Assembly (NCBI GenBank): GCA_031284015.1
Contig: JAITAS010000062.1
Coordinates: forward strand, 1 to 58,172
Length of the DNA: 58,172 bases
Direction: 5' to 3'
DNA from: Puniceicoccales bacterium
GTDB taxonomy: Bacteria > Verrucomicrobiota > Verrucomicrobiia > Opitutales > JAIRKQ01
The stretch's first letter is position 1, and every line of letters begins with the position of its first letter. Below are positions 8,508-18,735 of this stretch, in pieces. The notes beneath the pieces were generated by a model, which was given only the letters and a program-made list of their open reading frames with translations, had not been told where the DNA came from and searched no databases. Made by a program: the position numbers and the translations under genes.

Positions 8508-11003
8508 ATGAATTCAATGTTAAATTTAACACCGCGTGCTCAACAGGTCCTTGCGATGGCCAGGCAAGAAGCGGAACGGTTCGGCCAGTCCACCATTGGC
8601 CCCGAACATCTTCTACTGGCACTGATGAGACTGCCGCAATGTATTGCAATAAGCATGTTACGGTCTATGGGTGTCGACCTTGAAAAAATTCGTACCAAGA
8701 TCGAAGAGCACCTGTCAAAAACCGCTGTGATTACTCAAAATGAAGCTAGCATTACATTGTCTCCTCTCGTGCAGAAGGTTCTTTTGGCAGCAGCCAAGGA
8801 AGCTAGTATGTTGCAGCATCCATACGTAGGAACCGAACATCTTCTATTAGGCATTTTGCGCGAAGATGATGAAGTTGCCGCCAAACTATTGGCAGAGATT
8901 GGGGTAAAAGTGGAAAACTGCCGCCAGGCAATATTATCGGCCCTTGACCCCAACTTCGTTGGAGTAGATGCAGGTAATGATGATGATGACGATTTTCGTT
9001 TTACATCGGAAAAAATATCGGACAAAGAAGACCCATCGTCGAACATAAAGACACCCGCATTGAATGCGTTTGGTCGCGATTTGACTGAAATTGCCAAAGA
9101 GAACAAATTAGATCCTGTGATCGGTCGGGAAAAAGAAATTACACGGGTACTACAAATTTTATGCAGACGATCAAAAAATAATCCTGTTTTAGTTGGCGAA
9201 GCAGGTGTTGGAAAAACGGCAATAGTTGAAGGACTGGCCCATTCAATAGCTTTTGGTAAAGTTCCAGAGGCTCTTCTTAACAAGAAAATCATTTCCATTG
9301 ATATGGCTCTAATGTTAGCTGGGACGAAATATCGTGGACAATTTGAAGAGCGTTTAAAAGCCGTCATGGATGATATCAAACGTGCCAAAAATGTAATATT
9401 ATTTTTGGATGAACTACATACGATCGTTGGTGCCGGGTCTTCCGAAGGGGCCATGGATGCATCGAATATCTTGAAGCCGACATTGTCTCGGGGAGAAATT
9501 CAATGCATTGGAGCAACGACACTCGATGAATATCGCAAGCACATAGAAAAGGACAGTGCTCTCGAACGTAGATTTCAACCTGTACAGGTGGACCCTCCAA
9601 GCATTCAGGATGCGATTTCGATCCTGCAGGGTGTCAAGAAATGCTACGAGGAGCACCATGCTGTAAAGTATACAAACGAAGCAATTGAGGAAGCTGTAAA
9701 ACTTTCTGCACGCTACATCCAAGACAGGTTTTTGCCAGATAAAGCTATCGACGTTATTGATGAAGCGGGAGCTAAGGCGAGGCTAAATGTGTCCGCCAAT
9801 TCCCCGAAAATGGAGAAACTATTAAAAAAGATAGAACAAGTGCATCGCGAAAAAGAATCGGCGATCAAAATGCAAAATTTTGAAAAAGCTGCCCAATTGC
9901 GAGATACGGAAAAACGACTGAGTATGGAAAGAGAAAAGCTTTCCCAACAGACCCAAAAAAGATCGAAAAACAACGTTATTACAGTTGGTGTCGATGCCAT
10001 TTTGACTGTCATTGCTGGTTGGTCAGGCATTCCAATTGCTCGCCTTGAAAAAAAAGAATCGGAACGTTTATTAAATCTCGATGAAACACTGAAGAAATCC
10101 GTAATTGGACAAAATGAAGCCGTTGAAGGCATTGCCCGTGCGATCCGCCGTTCTAGGACAGATTTAAATGATCCCAATAAGCCCATCGGGTCGTTTTTAT
10201 TTCTTGGACCTACGGGCGTAGGAAAGACCTATTTGGCTAAAATGCTGGCTGAACAAATATTTGGCAGTATGGATGCTATAGTCCAAGTCGACATGTCCGA
10301 GTATATGGAAAAACATTCCGTATCACGAATTATCGGGTCTCCTCCGGGATATGTAGGCCATGATGATGGTGGCCAGCTAACGGAAAAAATTAGGCGCAAA
10401 CCATATGCAGTCATTCTTTTCGATGAGGTAGAAAAAGCCCACCCCGACGTTTTGCAAATTTTATTACAAGTACTGGAAGATGGTCATATGACAGATAGCC
10501 AGGGTCGCAAGGTAGACTTTAAAAACACACTTTTGATCATGACGAGCAATGTCGGAGCCGAAATTTTACAAAAAGACATATCCCTTGGTTTCGTTGCAGA
10601 TAAAAACACGCCTCAAAATTTTGAACGGATAAAAACATCGATTATCGATGAGGCTAAAAAGACATTTAAACCTGAATTTATCAATCGATTAACGGATATG
10701 ATTGTGTTTAAACAACTCGATCAGGATGCTCTGCAAAAAATTGTCGATATAGAACTGGATAAAGTCAGTAAACGTGCCGCTAAAAAAGGGCTAATGCTCA
10801 TATTTTCTGATAGTGCAAAGAATTTTCTTGTCAAAAATGGCTATGATAAAAAATTTGGTGCCCGTCCGCTAAAACGTGCAATCGAGAAAAATGTTGAGGA
10901 TCCTCTTGCCGATAAGTGGCTAAGTGGCGAGATTACAGCTGGTACAAAAATTACCATTTCCCATGAAGAAGATGGTGAAAAATTATCGCTGCTGCTAAAC
11001 TAG
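8508..11003 (+). CDS. clpC: ATP-dependent Clp protease ATP-binding subunit ClpC (class I AAA+)
   Basis: 831 aa. It has a duplicated Clp_N region, Walker A motifs GEAGVGKTA and GPTGVGKT, a UVR-like linker (MQNFEKAAQLRDTEKRL) and the ClpB_D2-small C-terminus. Confidence 0.9.
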   Translation: MNSMLNLTPRAQQVLAMARQEAERFGQSTIGPEHLLLALMRLPQCIAISMLRSMGVDLEKIRTKIEEHLSKTAVITQNEASITLSPLVQKVLLAAAKEASMLQHPYVGTEHLLLGILREDDEVAAKLLAEIGVKVENCRQAILSALDPNFVGVDAGNDDDDDFRFTSEKISDKEDPSSNIKTPALNAFGRDLTEIAKENKLDPVIGREKEITRVLQILCRRSKNNPVLVGEAGVGKTAIVEGLAHSIAFGKVPEALLNKKIISIDMALMLAGTKYRGQFEERLKAVMDDIKRAKNVILFLDELHTIVGAGSSEGAMDASNILKPTLSRGEIQCIGATTLDEYRKHIEKDSALERRFQPVQVDPPSIQDAISILQGVKKCYEEHHAVKYTNEAIEEAVKLSARYIQDRFLPDKAIDVIDEAGAKARLNVSANSPKMEKLLKKIEQVHREKESAIKMQNFEKAAQLRDTEKRLSMEREKLSQQTQKRSKNNVITVGVDAILTVIAGWSGIPIARLEKKESERLLNLDETLKKSVIGQNEAVEGIARAIRRSRTDLNDPNKPIGSFLFLGPTGVGKTYLAKMLAEQIFGSMDAIVQVDMSEYMEKHSVSRIIGSPPGYVGHDDGGQLTEKIRRKPYAVILFDEVEKAHPDVLQILLQVLEDGHMTDSQGRKVDFKNTLLIMTSNVGAEILQKDISLGFVADKNTPQNFERIKTSIIDEAKKTFKPEFINRLTDMIVFKQLDQDALQKIVDIELDKVSKRAAKKGLMLIFSDSAKNFLVKNGYDKKFGARPLKRAIEKNVEDPLADKWLSGEITAGTKITISHEEDGEKLSLLLN

Positions 11004-11095
11004 GGAACTATGCTGTATCTGTAAGTTAAGGGTTAAAGAAGCAATAGGACTTTGGCTATTGTACCGTATCGAAATAACCATAAATTCCGTTTGGA

Positions 11096-11902
11096 TTACT
11101 TGGGTGTGCTTGCTACTCTTTCGTCCAGAGAATAGTGTTCCACCCTGGACCGCAGCATTGCGTTAATGGGATTTTGAATCTCTTTTTTTAAACGTTCCGG
11201 ATTTTTTAATCTGATCCGCGCAATAAACTCAGCGTTGGAACTTTTTGCCGTTGGCAATTTGGCCGTTGACATGCCATTGTTCCAGAGTTTTTCAACCTTG
11301 CTGTCATCTAAATTGCTCATCGCCAGCCGAACACTCTGAATATCTTCTTTATTAAGAATTTCCGTTGTCAACCTATCGGGATTGGTATTTGTGGCTACAC
11401 GTAAAAATGCGGGGGAAAGTTTTACATCCTTTGGAATGAATGTAGGATTCAGTCCCTCCGAAAATAATCTTCCCAACATAGCTTCTGGCAGAATGTCGTA
11501 TTGCTTTATAAAATCAGACATCTGTTTTGAGCTCCATGAATTCATATGGTCAATGAGTTCCTTGGGACAAAATTTAAGGCTTTCCGATATGAATGCTTGG
11601 GATGCGAAAATATGTATCGGAACCCTATCGAAGGCAATAGGTGCACGCGATAGCATATGCGCATATACATTTGCATCAAATCCCACACTTGCAATGGAAA
11701 AATTTCCAATTTCTCTCCTTTGAATATTGGTTTTGTGTGCAGATAGGGTAATGGCATCATTTTTTACCTTAATCTTACTACCATTACTGGTCGTAGAAGG
11801 TGATTCCAGCTTACGAACACTATTAACAGATATTTCATCCATAGGATTCAAAAGTCTAAAAAATTTTTCTTTGATGTCAAAATTTTTATATCCACTTGCC
11901 AT
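11096..11902 (-). CDS. Hypothetical protein with no recognisable motif
   Basis: The 268-aa ORF fills the space between the clpC and PFOR ends with no competing frame. I see no TM segment, signal peptide or catalytic motif. Coding status is inferred from length and fit only. Confidence 0.45.
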   Translation of the reverse strand: MASGYKNFDIKEKFFRLLNPMDEISVNSVRKLESPSTTSNGSKIKVKNDAITLSAHKTNIQRREIGNFSIASVGFDANVYAHMLSRAPIAFDRVPIHIFASQAFISESLKFCPKELIDHMNSWSSKQMSDFIKQYDILPEAMLGRLFSEGLNPTFIPKDVKLSPAFLRVATNTNPDRLTTEILNKEDIQSVRLAMSNLDDSKVEKLWNNGMSTAKLPTAKSSNAEFIARIRLKNPERLKKEIQNPINAMLRSRVEHYSLDERVASTPK

Positions 11903-11996
11903 GAAAAGAAAACTTTTACACTATGACCCCTACGGATCTAAAACGGACCAACAAAAACTTCATCTACCGACTCTATTGGCTGATATCAAATCGAAG

Positions 11997-14900
11997 TTAC
12001 CAATCCGTGCGACTTGCTAACATTTTGTAAAACGCATAGCGAGATTTAATGTTCACCTCTTCTTTCTTAAGAAGAATTTCGGCGCGCTCTGGATTCTTGT
12101 CGATTAATACTTTGAACCTATTTTCAGCACTCATGTAATCGATCAGTGGTAAATTCGGTTCCTTCGAGTCCAATGTAAAAGCAGCCTGTCCAGTTTCCCG
12201 TTTAGTCGGATCATAGCGAAACAATGGCCAATAGCCGCTTGCAACAGCTTTTTTCTGCTGTTCTAATCCATCTCGTAAATTGTAGCCATGGGCGATGCAT
12301 GGCGAATAGGCAATGATTAGGGCAGGACCATCGTAAGATTCTGCTTCCTGGAAAGCTTGAACAACCTGTGAATCTTTCGCACCAAGTGATACTTGTGCAA
12401 CGTAAATATTACCATAGGTCACCGCCAGAAGGCCAAGATTTTTCTTCGGCATTGATTTCCCTGCTGCTGCAAATTTTGCAACCGCTCCGGTTGGAGTAGA
12501 TTTCGATTGTTGCCCACCCGTATTGGAATATACCTCAGTATCAAGGACCAAAACATTTACATTTTTGCCGCTTGCTAGAACGTGGTCAAGACCGCCGTAA
12601 CCAATGTCATATGCCCAACCATCTCCTCCGATAATCCAAACTGATTTTTCTACTAAAAAATCTGCTAGCTGAGATAAAGTCGCAGATCTGGTGTTATGGA
12701 TCGTGTGTAAAATATTGCGTAACTCCTGGATTCGTTCACGCTGTTGGGAAATTTCCAGCTCGCTGGTCTGCGAAGATGATAATAATGCATCAGTCAGCTT
12801 TTCGCCAAGGTTTGATTTCATCGAAATTAAAATTTCTCGGCAAATATTTCGTTTTTGATCCGTTGCTATTCGCATTCCAAGTCCAAACTCCGCATTATCC
12901 TCAAACAACGAATTAGCCCAAGCAGGACCCCTACCTTCGGAATTCGTACAATAGGGAGTAGTCGGCAGATTTCCACCATAGATTGAGGAACACCCTGTTG
13001 CGTTTGCTATCAGCAATCTATCGCCAAACATCTGCGTTAGTAGTTTCAAATATGGTGTTTCTCCGCATCCAGCACATGAACCGGAATATTCGAACAATGG
13101 TCGTTTGAATTGGATGGATTTCAGATCCGTTCCTAGAGTTTTTGGATCGGGATCCGGCAGCGATAGAAAGAAATCGTAGTTTTGTTTTTCCACTTCGATA
13201 ACATCCCCATGTGGAACAAAGTTGATCGCCTTTTTCGTCTCGTCAGACCTATCCTTCGCTGGACACACCGCAATGCACAATCCACACCCCGTACAATCTT
13301 CGGGAGCAGCCTGGATGGAAAACTTACAATTTGGATTATCCTTGGAACGGAAATCCACCGATCGAAATCCTGCGGGAGCATTTTGCATCAAATCGGCATT
13401 GTAAAACTTTGCACGAATGGCAGCATGGGGACAGACCATCACACATTTGTTACATTGTATGCACAATTCAGGATTCCAGATTGGGACTTCCTGAGCAATG
13501 TTGCGTTTCTCCCAGCGGGTCGTCCCAGTCGGCCATGTGCCATCGACGGGGAAAACACTTACGGGCAGTTCGTCGCCATCATTCGTAATCATTTTTGCGA
13601 TGACATTTTTAACAAAATCCGAAGCGTTTGGAGAAACAGCAACAGGTCTTTTATGGCCATTAATTTTGCCCGTTGTGTCGAGTTTGTATAAATGTTCTAA
13701 TGTCATTTCTACGGCGGCGAAATTTTTCTGAACCACCGCTTCACCTTTTGCTCCGTAGGTTTTTTTAATGGCATTTTTTATCTTTTCAATGGCATCTTCG
13801 CGTGGTAAAATGCCAGAAATGGCAAAAAAACATGTCTGCATGATGGTGTTTGTTCGGCCGCCCATACCCGCTTTCCTGGCCAAGCCATAGGCATCGATTG
13901 CATAAACTTCCAACTTCAATCGTTGAATTCCACTCTGCACCTCCTGTGGTAAATGCTGCCATAGATCTTCCTGGACATAGGGAGTATTTAACAGTAAAAT
14001 TGCTCCCGGCTGAGCATACTTGAGAATGTCATACTTGTCCAGAAAAGAATATTGGTGGCACGCAACAAAATTTGCTTTATCAACCAAATATGGTGCTTCT
14101 ATTGGTTTGGGCCCAAAGCGTAGATGGGATACTGTCATTGCTCCTGACTTTTTGGAATCGTAAACAAAATATGCCTGGGCGTAGTTGTCGGTTTCTGTTC
14201 CAATAATTTTAATGGTATTTTTATTGGCTCCAACGGTTCCATCCGCCCCAAGTCCAAAAAATACTGCTTCAAACAGGTCTTTATCCTCTATTTTGAAATT
14301 TGTATCATACTCTATTGATATACCTGTGATGTCATCTTCAATGCCTATGGTGAAATGTTTTTTTGGATTTTCCTTTTGTAGTTCGTTGAAAATTGCCTTT
14401 GCCATCGCCGGAGAAAATTCCTTTGATCCTAACCCATAACGTCCGCCAATAATGATTATTTCATTGAATCCTATAATTTTATTTGACCTGGCTTCCTCCA
14501 ATGCGAAAACCACATCTTCAAACAGTGGTTCTCCGACCGCACCAGGCTCTTTTGTACGATCTAAAACCGCAATCCGCTGTACCGATTTTGGAAGGACAGC
14601 TACGAAATGTTTCACCGAAAATGGTCGATATAAATGGACCTTAACCACTCCAACTTTTTCTCCAACTTTTTCCAAATGTTTTACTGTCTTGGCCAGCGTT
14701 TCACAGGATGATCCAATAGCAACGATAACCCGGTCCGCATCTTTAGATCCTAAATATTCGAACGGTTTGTAGTATCGCCCCGTCAATTTGCCAAACGAGT
14801 CCATATATTTTTCGACGATGTCGGCAGCTTTGTCGTAAAGTGTATTGCACCTTTCTCGCCCTTGGAAATACACACCGGGGTTTTGGGATGTTCCACGGAT

Positions 14901-15545
14901 AAATGGATTATCTGGTGATAGCGAACGAGCCCGATGTTCTGAAATAAATCTTTCATTGACCAACTGGGATAAAACTTCATCGCTAACACGACGGTAAGTA
15001 TTAATCTCATGGGAGGTCCGAAAACCATCGAAAAAGTGCATAAAAGGAATGCGTGCCTCCAGCGTTGCTCCGTGGGCAACACAGGCCATATCATGTGCTT
15101 CTTGTACAGAACTTGAGGCCAACATGGCGAATCCCGTTTGTCGGCATGCCATAACATCGGAGTGGTCTCCGAAAATTGATAAGCCATGGGTTGCCAAACT
15201 TCTTGCGGTTACGTGCATGACAAATGCGGTCAACTCTCCTGCGATTTTGTACATATTAGGAATCATAAGTAACAACCCCTGCGATGCCGTAAACGTTGTT
15301 GTGAGAGTTCCGCATTGCAATGCTCCATGTATGGCTCCAGCAGCCCCTCCTTCAGATTGCATCTCATTAATCGACGGGATAGCTCCCCAGCGGTTGGTTC
15401 TTCCTTTGGCTGCCCATTCATCGCAATACTCTGCCATTGGAGATGATGGCGTAATCGGATAAATGGCAATTACTTCACTTTCCCTGTACGCAACGTCAGC
15501 TGTTGCTTCATTGGCATCACAGATACAAAACTCATCACTTCTCAT
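11997..15545 (-). CDS. nifJ: Pyruvate:ferredoxin (flavodoxin) oxidoreductase, single-chain PFOR
   Basis: 1182 aa. It has N-terminal DANEATADVAYRESEVIAIYPITPSSPM, two 4Fe-4S motifs (CIQCNKCVMVCPHAAI, CTGCGLCIAVCPAKD) and the TPP motif GGDGWAYDIGYGGLDH. Confidence 0.95.
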   Translation of the reverse strand: MRSDEFCICDANEATADVAYRESEVIAIYPITPSSPMAEYCDEWAAKGRTNRWGAIPSINEMQSEGGAAGAIHGALQCGTLTTTFTASQGLLLMIPNMYKIAGELTAFVMHVTARSLATHGLSIFGDHSDVMACRQTGFAMLASSSVQEAHDMACVAHGATLEARIPFMHFFDGFRTSHEINTYRRVSDEVLSQLVNERFISEHRARSLSPDNPFIRGTSQNPGVYFQGRERCNTLYDKAADIVEKYMDSFGKLTGRYYKPFEYLGSKDADRVIVAIGSSCETLAKTVKHLEKVGEKVGVVKVHLYRPFSVKHFVAVLPKSVQRIAVLDRTKEPGAVGEPLFEDVVFALEEARSNKIIGFNEIIIIGGRYGLGSKEFSPAMAKAIFNELQKENPKKHFTIGIEDDITGISIEYDTNFKIEDKDLFEAVFFGLGADGTVGANKNTIKIIGTETDNYAQAYFVYDSKKSGAMTVSHLRFGPKPIEAPYLVDKANFVACHQYSFLDKYDILKYAQPGAILLLNTPYVQEDLWQHLPQEVQSGIQRLKLEVYAIDAYGLARKAGMGGRTNTIMQTCFFAISGILPREDAIEKIKNAIKKTYGAKGEAVVQKNFAAVEMTLEHLYKLDTTGKINGHKRPVAVSPNASDFVKNVIAKMITNDGDELPVSVFPVDGTWPTGTTRWEKRNIAQEVPIWNPELCIQCNKCVMVCPHAAIRAKFYNADLMQNAPAGFRSVDFRSKDNPNCKFSIQAAPEDCTGCGLCIAVCPAKDRSDETKKAINFVPHGDVIEVEKQNYDFFLSLPDPDPKTLGTDLKSIQFKRPLFEYSGSCAGCGETPYLKLLTQMFGDRLLIANATGCSSIYGGNLPTTPYCTNSEGRGPAWANSLFEDNAEFGLGMRIATDQKRNICREILISMKSNLGEKLTDALLSSSQTSELEISQQRERIQELRNILHTIHNTRSATLSQLADFLVEKSVWIIGGDGWAYDIGYGGLDHVLASGKNVNVLVLDTEVYSNTGGQQSKSTPTGAVAKFAAAGKSMPKKNLGLLAVTYGNIYVAQVSLGAKDSQVVQAFQEAESYDGPALIIAYSPCIAHGYNLRDGLEQQKKAVASGYWPLFRYDPTKRETGQAAFTLDSKEPNLPLIDYMSAENRFKVLIDKNPERAEILLKKEEVNIKSRYAFYKMLASRTDW

Positions 15546-15617
15546 CGCTAGTTAATCATTTAAATCCTTAGAACCAGGTTTGCAAGATATTGTTTCCAAA
15601 GCCGTATTCTTTGTCTT

Positions 15618-16844
15618 TTATAAAACATCAGAATTACTGCGTATTCTAAATTTTCTTCGGGTAAAGTTGCTAAATTTTTGAAATATGATGACGAAGAAAT
15701 TATTCGCGGTTACGTTCCCCGACGTTGCTATTGGATCGATTACCCCATAGAACGCTATGGCAAACGCAATCATCGAATCGTCAAAACCAAGATAGTCGCG
15801 TAGTAGGGGCACCGTTACCATAATGGTACCACTGGGGACACCTCCGCCAGCAAATTTGTTCAAAACAAAAAAAACTCCAAACCTAAGAAAAGTTGATACA
15901 TTGGGGAGAGGGTGATTAAATGCCAACATAATCGTCATTGCTAGAATTGGAATAATGATTGTATCCCCTAGCATGTGAAAATTGAGAGTCAATGGCATGA
16001 AGGCATCGGCCAATACCTTATCTTTTGTGTTTTTGTGAGCTGCTTCCAGGGAAAGTGGAAGGGCGGCCGCACTAGACATACTGCTAAATGCTGTTACGAT
16101 CGCAGGCAGGGTGTTTTTAAAAATCTCGATTGCTCGTTTCCTTTTAAAGGATGCCGCCATTAAGAGCCATAATGTCAGGTAAGCACATAGAAATATGCAC
16201 ATGACAAGACAGATTTTTGAATTTTCTTTTAAAAATCCTGTCATTTTGCCCTCTGCGAATAATTTTAACAAAAATCCGGAAACAAATATTGGTAACAGCG
16301 GGACAAAAAAGCGTTTCATAAATTTCATCACACCATCATGAATTAGATTGATGATCCTATTGACCCATTTATTGGGGTAAAATGAGTTCATAAATCCCAC
16401 GATAATACCAAAAATCAAGGCATGGAGTGTTTTCGCTATAACTGGTAATCGTAGTGAAAATAGTGGCAATATGGGAGCAGCCTCATTGCTTATTTCCTTT
16501 GCAACGGTACCGGATAACATCATATATCCTACGCTTCCGGATATAACTATGTTGATAAAATTTGACACAAATACCGTTGCCATCAGGACAAGGACGAACA
16601 ACATTCCTTCCCTTGGAATTGCAGAAAGGGCTACCGCAATGAAACTAAAAAGAAGAAAAGGTAGGATAAACGTTAATAGTTCCTTTAAACATGTGCTGAT
16701 TGTTAGAAAAAACCTTATCGTATCTCTAGAAAGATAGGCATAGAAAGACGAGCATAGAAATATGGCCAAAATCAGCTGAACCAATGGGTTGAATACAATT
16801 TTTTTTAGTAAGCTAGACCAGTCTTTATTCCTATTCATACACAT
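15618..16844 (-). CDS. Dicarboxylate/amino acid:cation symporter (DAACS/SDF family)
   Basis: 408 aa and polytopic. SSMSSAAALPLSLEAA, NFHMLGDTI, GGGVPSGT and IDPIATSGNVTANN fit the SDF-family signature regions (SSaatLP, nmdGt, aGvPG, D..rT..NV.G). The substrate cannot be assigned. Confidence 0.75.
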   Translation of the reverse strand: MCMNRNKDWSSLLKKIVFNPLVQLILAIFLCSSFYAYLSRDTIRFFLTISTCLKELLTFILPFLLFSFIAVALSAIPREGMLFVLVLMATVFVSNFINIVISGSVGYMMLSGTVAKEISNEAAPILPLFSLRLPVIAKTLHALIFGIIVGFMNSFYPNKWVNRIINLIHDGVMKFMKRFFVPLLPIFVSGFLLKLFAEGKMTGFLKENSKICLVMCIFLCAYLTLWLLMAASFKRKRAIEIFKNTLPAIVTAFSSMSSAAALPLSLEAAHKNTKDKVLADAFMPLTLNFHMLGDTIIIPILAMTIMLAFNHPLPNVSTFLRFGVFFVLNKFAGGGVPSGTIMVTVPLLRDYLGFDDSMIAFAIAFYGVIDPIATSGNVTANNFFVIIFQKFSNFTRRKFRIRSNSDVL

Positions 16845-16927
16845 TTCCTATAATCGTCAAAATGCCATTAAAACGTCGTTTCTCCTATGGATGTCAAGAC
16901 TTTTCGTATGCCATAGAAAGTCTCAAC

Positions 16928-18667
16928 TTACATCCTTTCCAACGTTTCTAGACCCAATAAATGCATTCCCGTTTCCAATATATTTAAGGTTCGTAGCATT
17001 ATCGCTAGCCGACGGGATGTAATATTTGTCGGCTCACCGAGAATACGATCTGCCCTATAAAAAGTAGAACATTCTCCCGTCAGTTCAAACAAATAGGTAC
17101 AGAGGTAATGGGGCCGCAATTCTTTTGCCGCTTGTGATAGAATTATCGGGAAATAGATCAATTTGCGAACGAGATTTTTTTCTTCCTCCGTTTCCAAGCA
17201 ATCGGCGGTAAGGTCAATTATGTCGGTATCACATTTCCTTAAAATGGATTTTATTCTAGCAATGGCATAGAGTAAATATGCGGCCGTATTGCCATTAAAT
17301 GATAACATTTTCCCCCACGAAAAAACATAATCATTTGTACGATTTGGCAGCAAATCAACGTATTTTATAGAATCTATTCCAATGACGTTTGCCACATGTT
17401 GCCTGTCGGAATCGGATAGACCTTCACTTTTCTCATTGGCAATTTCTCGGGCACGTGTTTTGGCCTCATTTAGCAATTCTTTGAGCTTTATTGGAGTTCC
17501 AGAACGTGTTTTTATAGCTTTTCCATCTTCTCCTAAAATAGTACCGAACCAAACATGTTGCATTTCGGGACACTTGCGGTTGAAAGCTGCATACCATTTT
17601 TGTACGGTAAGAAACAACTGCTGGAAATGATCCTGCTGTCTACCATCCGTAACATAGATCAATTCATCGGCATGTAATATTTCCGTTCGATATAATACGG
17701 TTGCTAGATCCGTTGTAGCATAGTTGGAAGCTCCATCTGCCTTTCTTATTATAAACGGCTGCCTGCTGAATTGTTCATGGTCTTCATGAAAAACGCACAG
17801 TGCACCATTGTCTATGCGGGCAATATGTTTTTCCATTAATTCTTGGTAAATTCTATCGACTCGATCGCGGTAGAATGACTCGCCAAGGGTATAGTCAAAC
17901 GATACCCCCATTTCCCTATAGATATCATCGAACGCAGCTAGGGAGATTTTATTGATTATTTTCCAAATTTCAAGATTTTCAGAATCACCATTTTGTAGCT
18001 TGACAAGTTCATTCCGAGCAGTGGCCAGAGCAGACTCATTACTTCTAACCAATGTACTTCCTCGCTGGTATAGTAATTCAACCTCTTCCAATGATAGGTC
18101 GGAAATCCGTAGTCCTTCTTTTTTGATGGTCATGATCAAAATACCAAACTGTGTTCCCCAGTCCCCAATGTGGTTATCTCGAATAATATCAGCGCCGCAA
18201 AATTTCAAAATTCTATAAATCGAATCCCCAATGTTCATAGAACGTAAATGGCCAACATGCATTTGTTTGGCAGTATTTGGAGATGAATAGTCGATAACTA
18301 TTCGTCTCCCCGACCAATTCTGTGCTATTGCTGATCTGTAATCATTTTCGGATTTGTATAAATTTAACCATTCGGTGAGAAAGCTACCGGATAGTTTAAA
18401 ATTAATAAATCCCGGTCCCGCAACACTGACTTCAATCTTTCCCGAGAAAACTTCTAGCGACCGTAATTTTTCGACAATTTGTTCTGTCACATGCCTTGGG
18501 TTTAAATGGTGCAATTTCGCATACGGCAATACACCATTTGCTTGGAAATCTCCAAATCGTGGATCAGCTTGGCGAATGTCTGGGTAAAAATCGACCGTTG
18601 AAATGTTACATGCTTGGGCCGCTTCCAATACTACCTTTAAGATACCAGTATCAACTTGAAACCACAT
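16928..18667 (-). CDS. argS: Arginine--tRNA ligase
   Basis: 579 aa. It has an Arg_tRNA_synt_N-like start (..DPRFGDFQANG), the HIGH-type motif SSPNTAKQMHVGHLRS and a C-terminal DALR anticodon-binding region ending ..LETLERM. Confidence 0.95.
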   Translation of the reverse strand: MWFQVDTGILKVVLEAAQACNISTVDFYPDIRQADPRFGDFQANGVLPYAKLHHLNPRHVTEQIVEKLRSLEVFSGKIEVSVAGPGFINFKLSGSFLTEWLNLYKSENDYRSAIAQNWSGRRIVIDYSSPNTAKQMHVGHLRSMNIGDSIYRILKFCGADIIRDNHIGDWGTQFGILIMTIKKEGLRISDLSLEEVELLYQRGSTLVRSNESALATARNELVKLQNGDSENLEIWKIINKISLAAFDDIYREMGVSFDYTLGESFYRDRVDRIYQELMEKHIARIDNGALCVFHEDHEQFSRQPFIIRKADGASNYATTDLATVLYRTEILHADELIYVTDGRQQDHFQQLFLTVQKWYAAFNRKCPEMQHVWFGTILGEDGKAIKTRSGTPIKLKELLNEAKTRAREIANEKSEGLSDSDRQHVANVIGIDSIKYVDLLPNRTNDYVFSWGKMLSFNGNTAAYLLYAIARIKSILRKCDTDIIDLTADCLETEEEKNLVRKLIYFPIILSQAAKELRPHYLCTYLFELTGECSTFYRADRILGEPTNITSRRLAIMLRTLNILETGMHLLGLETLERM

Positions 18668-18735
18668 GTTTTACAAAAAACACAAGACCACCAATTAGGC
18701 AAGGAAATTAGCAATTTTACACTGATAGTGTTATC

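Noticed and set aside
8735-9454. Long antisense ORFs inside well-supported genes: 8735-9454 (239 aa, opposite clpC), 26330-26986 (218 aa, opposite prfB), 45091-45774 (227 aa, opposite the antiporter-like gene), 13182-13691 (opposite PFOR) and 2232-2669 (opposite lpxI)
   Set aside because: Each lies fully inside a gene whose translation carries multiple diagnostic motifs. Their own translations are low-complexity or Ser/Cys/Phe-rich with no motifs. They are typical shadow ORFs of AT-rich genomes.
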